Below, in pieces: positions 63,090 to 64,000 of a DNA stretch of 64,000 nucleotides. The notes beneath the pieces are model-generated. The model searched no databases, was not told where the DNA came from, and worked only from the letters and a program-made list of their open reading frames with translations. The translations under genes and the position numbers were made by a program. Within the stretch, counting starts at the first letter, position 1. The number at the start of each line of letters is the position of its first letter. This DNA is from Dicyema japonicum (taxonomy: Eukaryota; Animalia; Dicyemida), in the NCBI GenBank assembly GCA_011109175.1, contig RDEW01000076.1, positions 1 through 64,000 of the forward strand, written 5' to 3'.

Positions 63090-64000
63090 ACTGATTATTC
63101 TACAATTAAATGTAAGTGGAATCCGCAATAAAGTCTTGGAGCTATGCTCCCTCTTATCCCATTTGAGAGTGGAAATTTTCCTCATTCAAGAATCGAAACT
63201 CTCCGGAATATCCCACACACCTTGTTTTCCTGGATATTGTGTACTTTGCATAGACCGGACGAGAAGTCTCGGTGGAGGATTATTGACAATTGTTAAGGGT
63301 GGACTTGCATTTACGGATGTCACCCCATTTGTATCTTCTCTCTGCGAAGGGGATTTTATTCTGGAACAGATTTTTTTATTGAAGTATCCTTTTTTCCAAC
63401 GAGATGTTTTACACTGTGTAAGATCTTTAATTCGAAGTTACATCCGAACACCATGCTATAACTGGAAAATTTCTTAACTGGCCGACGTGGGAGAGTCCGA
63501 ATGGTAAAACTACTTAAAAATCAAAACTACTCCCACAAATTTCCCCTTTATCTCCTCTCATGTTTAACTTATTTTACACGACTAACCTACTACCAAAGAT
63601 CAGGAAGCTATGTTTCTATCTTACGCGGACGACCTGATTATCGCTCAGTTCACTCTATTCACTACGGAAGAGAGATTTAAAGATGGACTCGAGGAACTCT
63701 TCGGAATCATTCCTACGAGAATCCAGAAAATCCTCGGAGTAACATCGAATCTATTACGACGTTCTTACACGTCACACGGAGTAAGTGTTAGCCAGGGGGC
63801 TTCGAAAGTGGAACACCTTAAAGCCTATCATGAAAAAGACCCCCTTCCCACCTATTCCTGTATCAGCAAACTATATCTGTCGACAATTGAATATGTCTGC
63901 TCTGCCTGGAGATTCCCTCTTAGAGGGTGGAGTGCATAAAATCATGCGGTATATGCAATCAGACATCATATCCATCCTCAGTTTCCTTTTAGAGGCGGCG
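63090..64000 (+). mobile_element. APE-endonuclease plus RT LINE remnant
   Basis: IILQLNVSG, LIQESKL, DRTRSLGGGLLTIVK; YADD; ILGVT. Confidence 0.85.

Overview
AT-rich eukaryotic nuclear DNA, standard genetic code, very probably from a reduced but ciliated animal. A dicyemid 'mesozoan' is my best guess, inferred from metazoan-type genes, IFT80 and ultra-short introns. About ten compact host genes sit as islands in a graveyard of decayed transposons: a synaptophysin-family 3' end, IFT80, CNNM, UBL5, mitochondrial ThrRS, a low-complexity orphan, a histidine acid phosphatase, NPRL2, UQCC1 and a coiled-coil orphan. I hand-spliced about 67 introns; all but one (48 nt) are 21-29 nt. The transposons include RTE-, R4/Dong-, CRE- and Jockey/CR1-like LINE pieces, pogo/Tigger, hAT-like elements and a tRNA-derived SINE. 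Most notable: (1) four tiny introns that protein homology requires but that lack GT or AG (TT-AG, GT-GG, GT-TT, GT-TG/TC), suggesting length-defined, sequence-relaxed splicing; (2) a degenerate 28S rRNA copy in permuted order, ending in D7a; (3) a SINE that shares its 3' tail with the local RTE LINE; (4) host-type micro-introns inside DNA-transposase remnants. Several single-base frameshifts in homopolymer runs suggest imperfect assembly polishing, which tempers single-base claims. All protein identifications come from recalled family motifs, not database searches.
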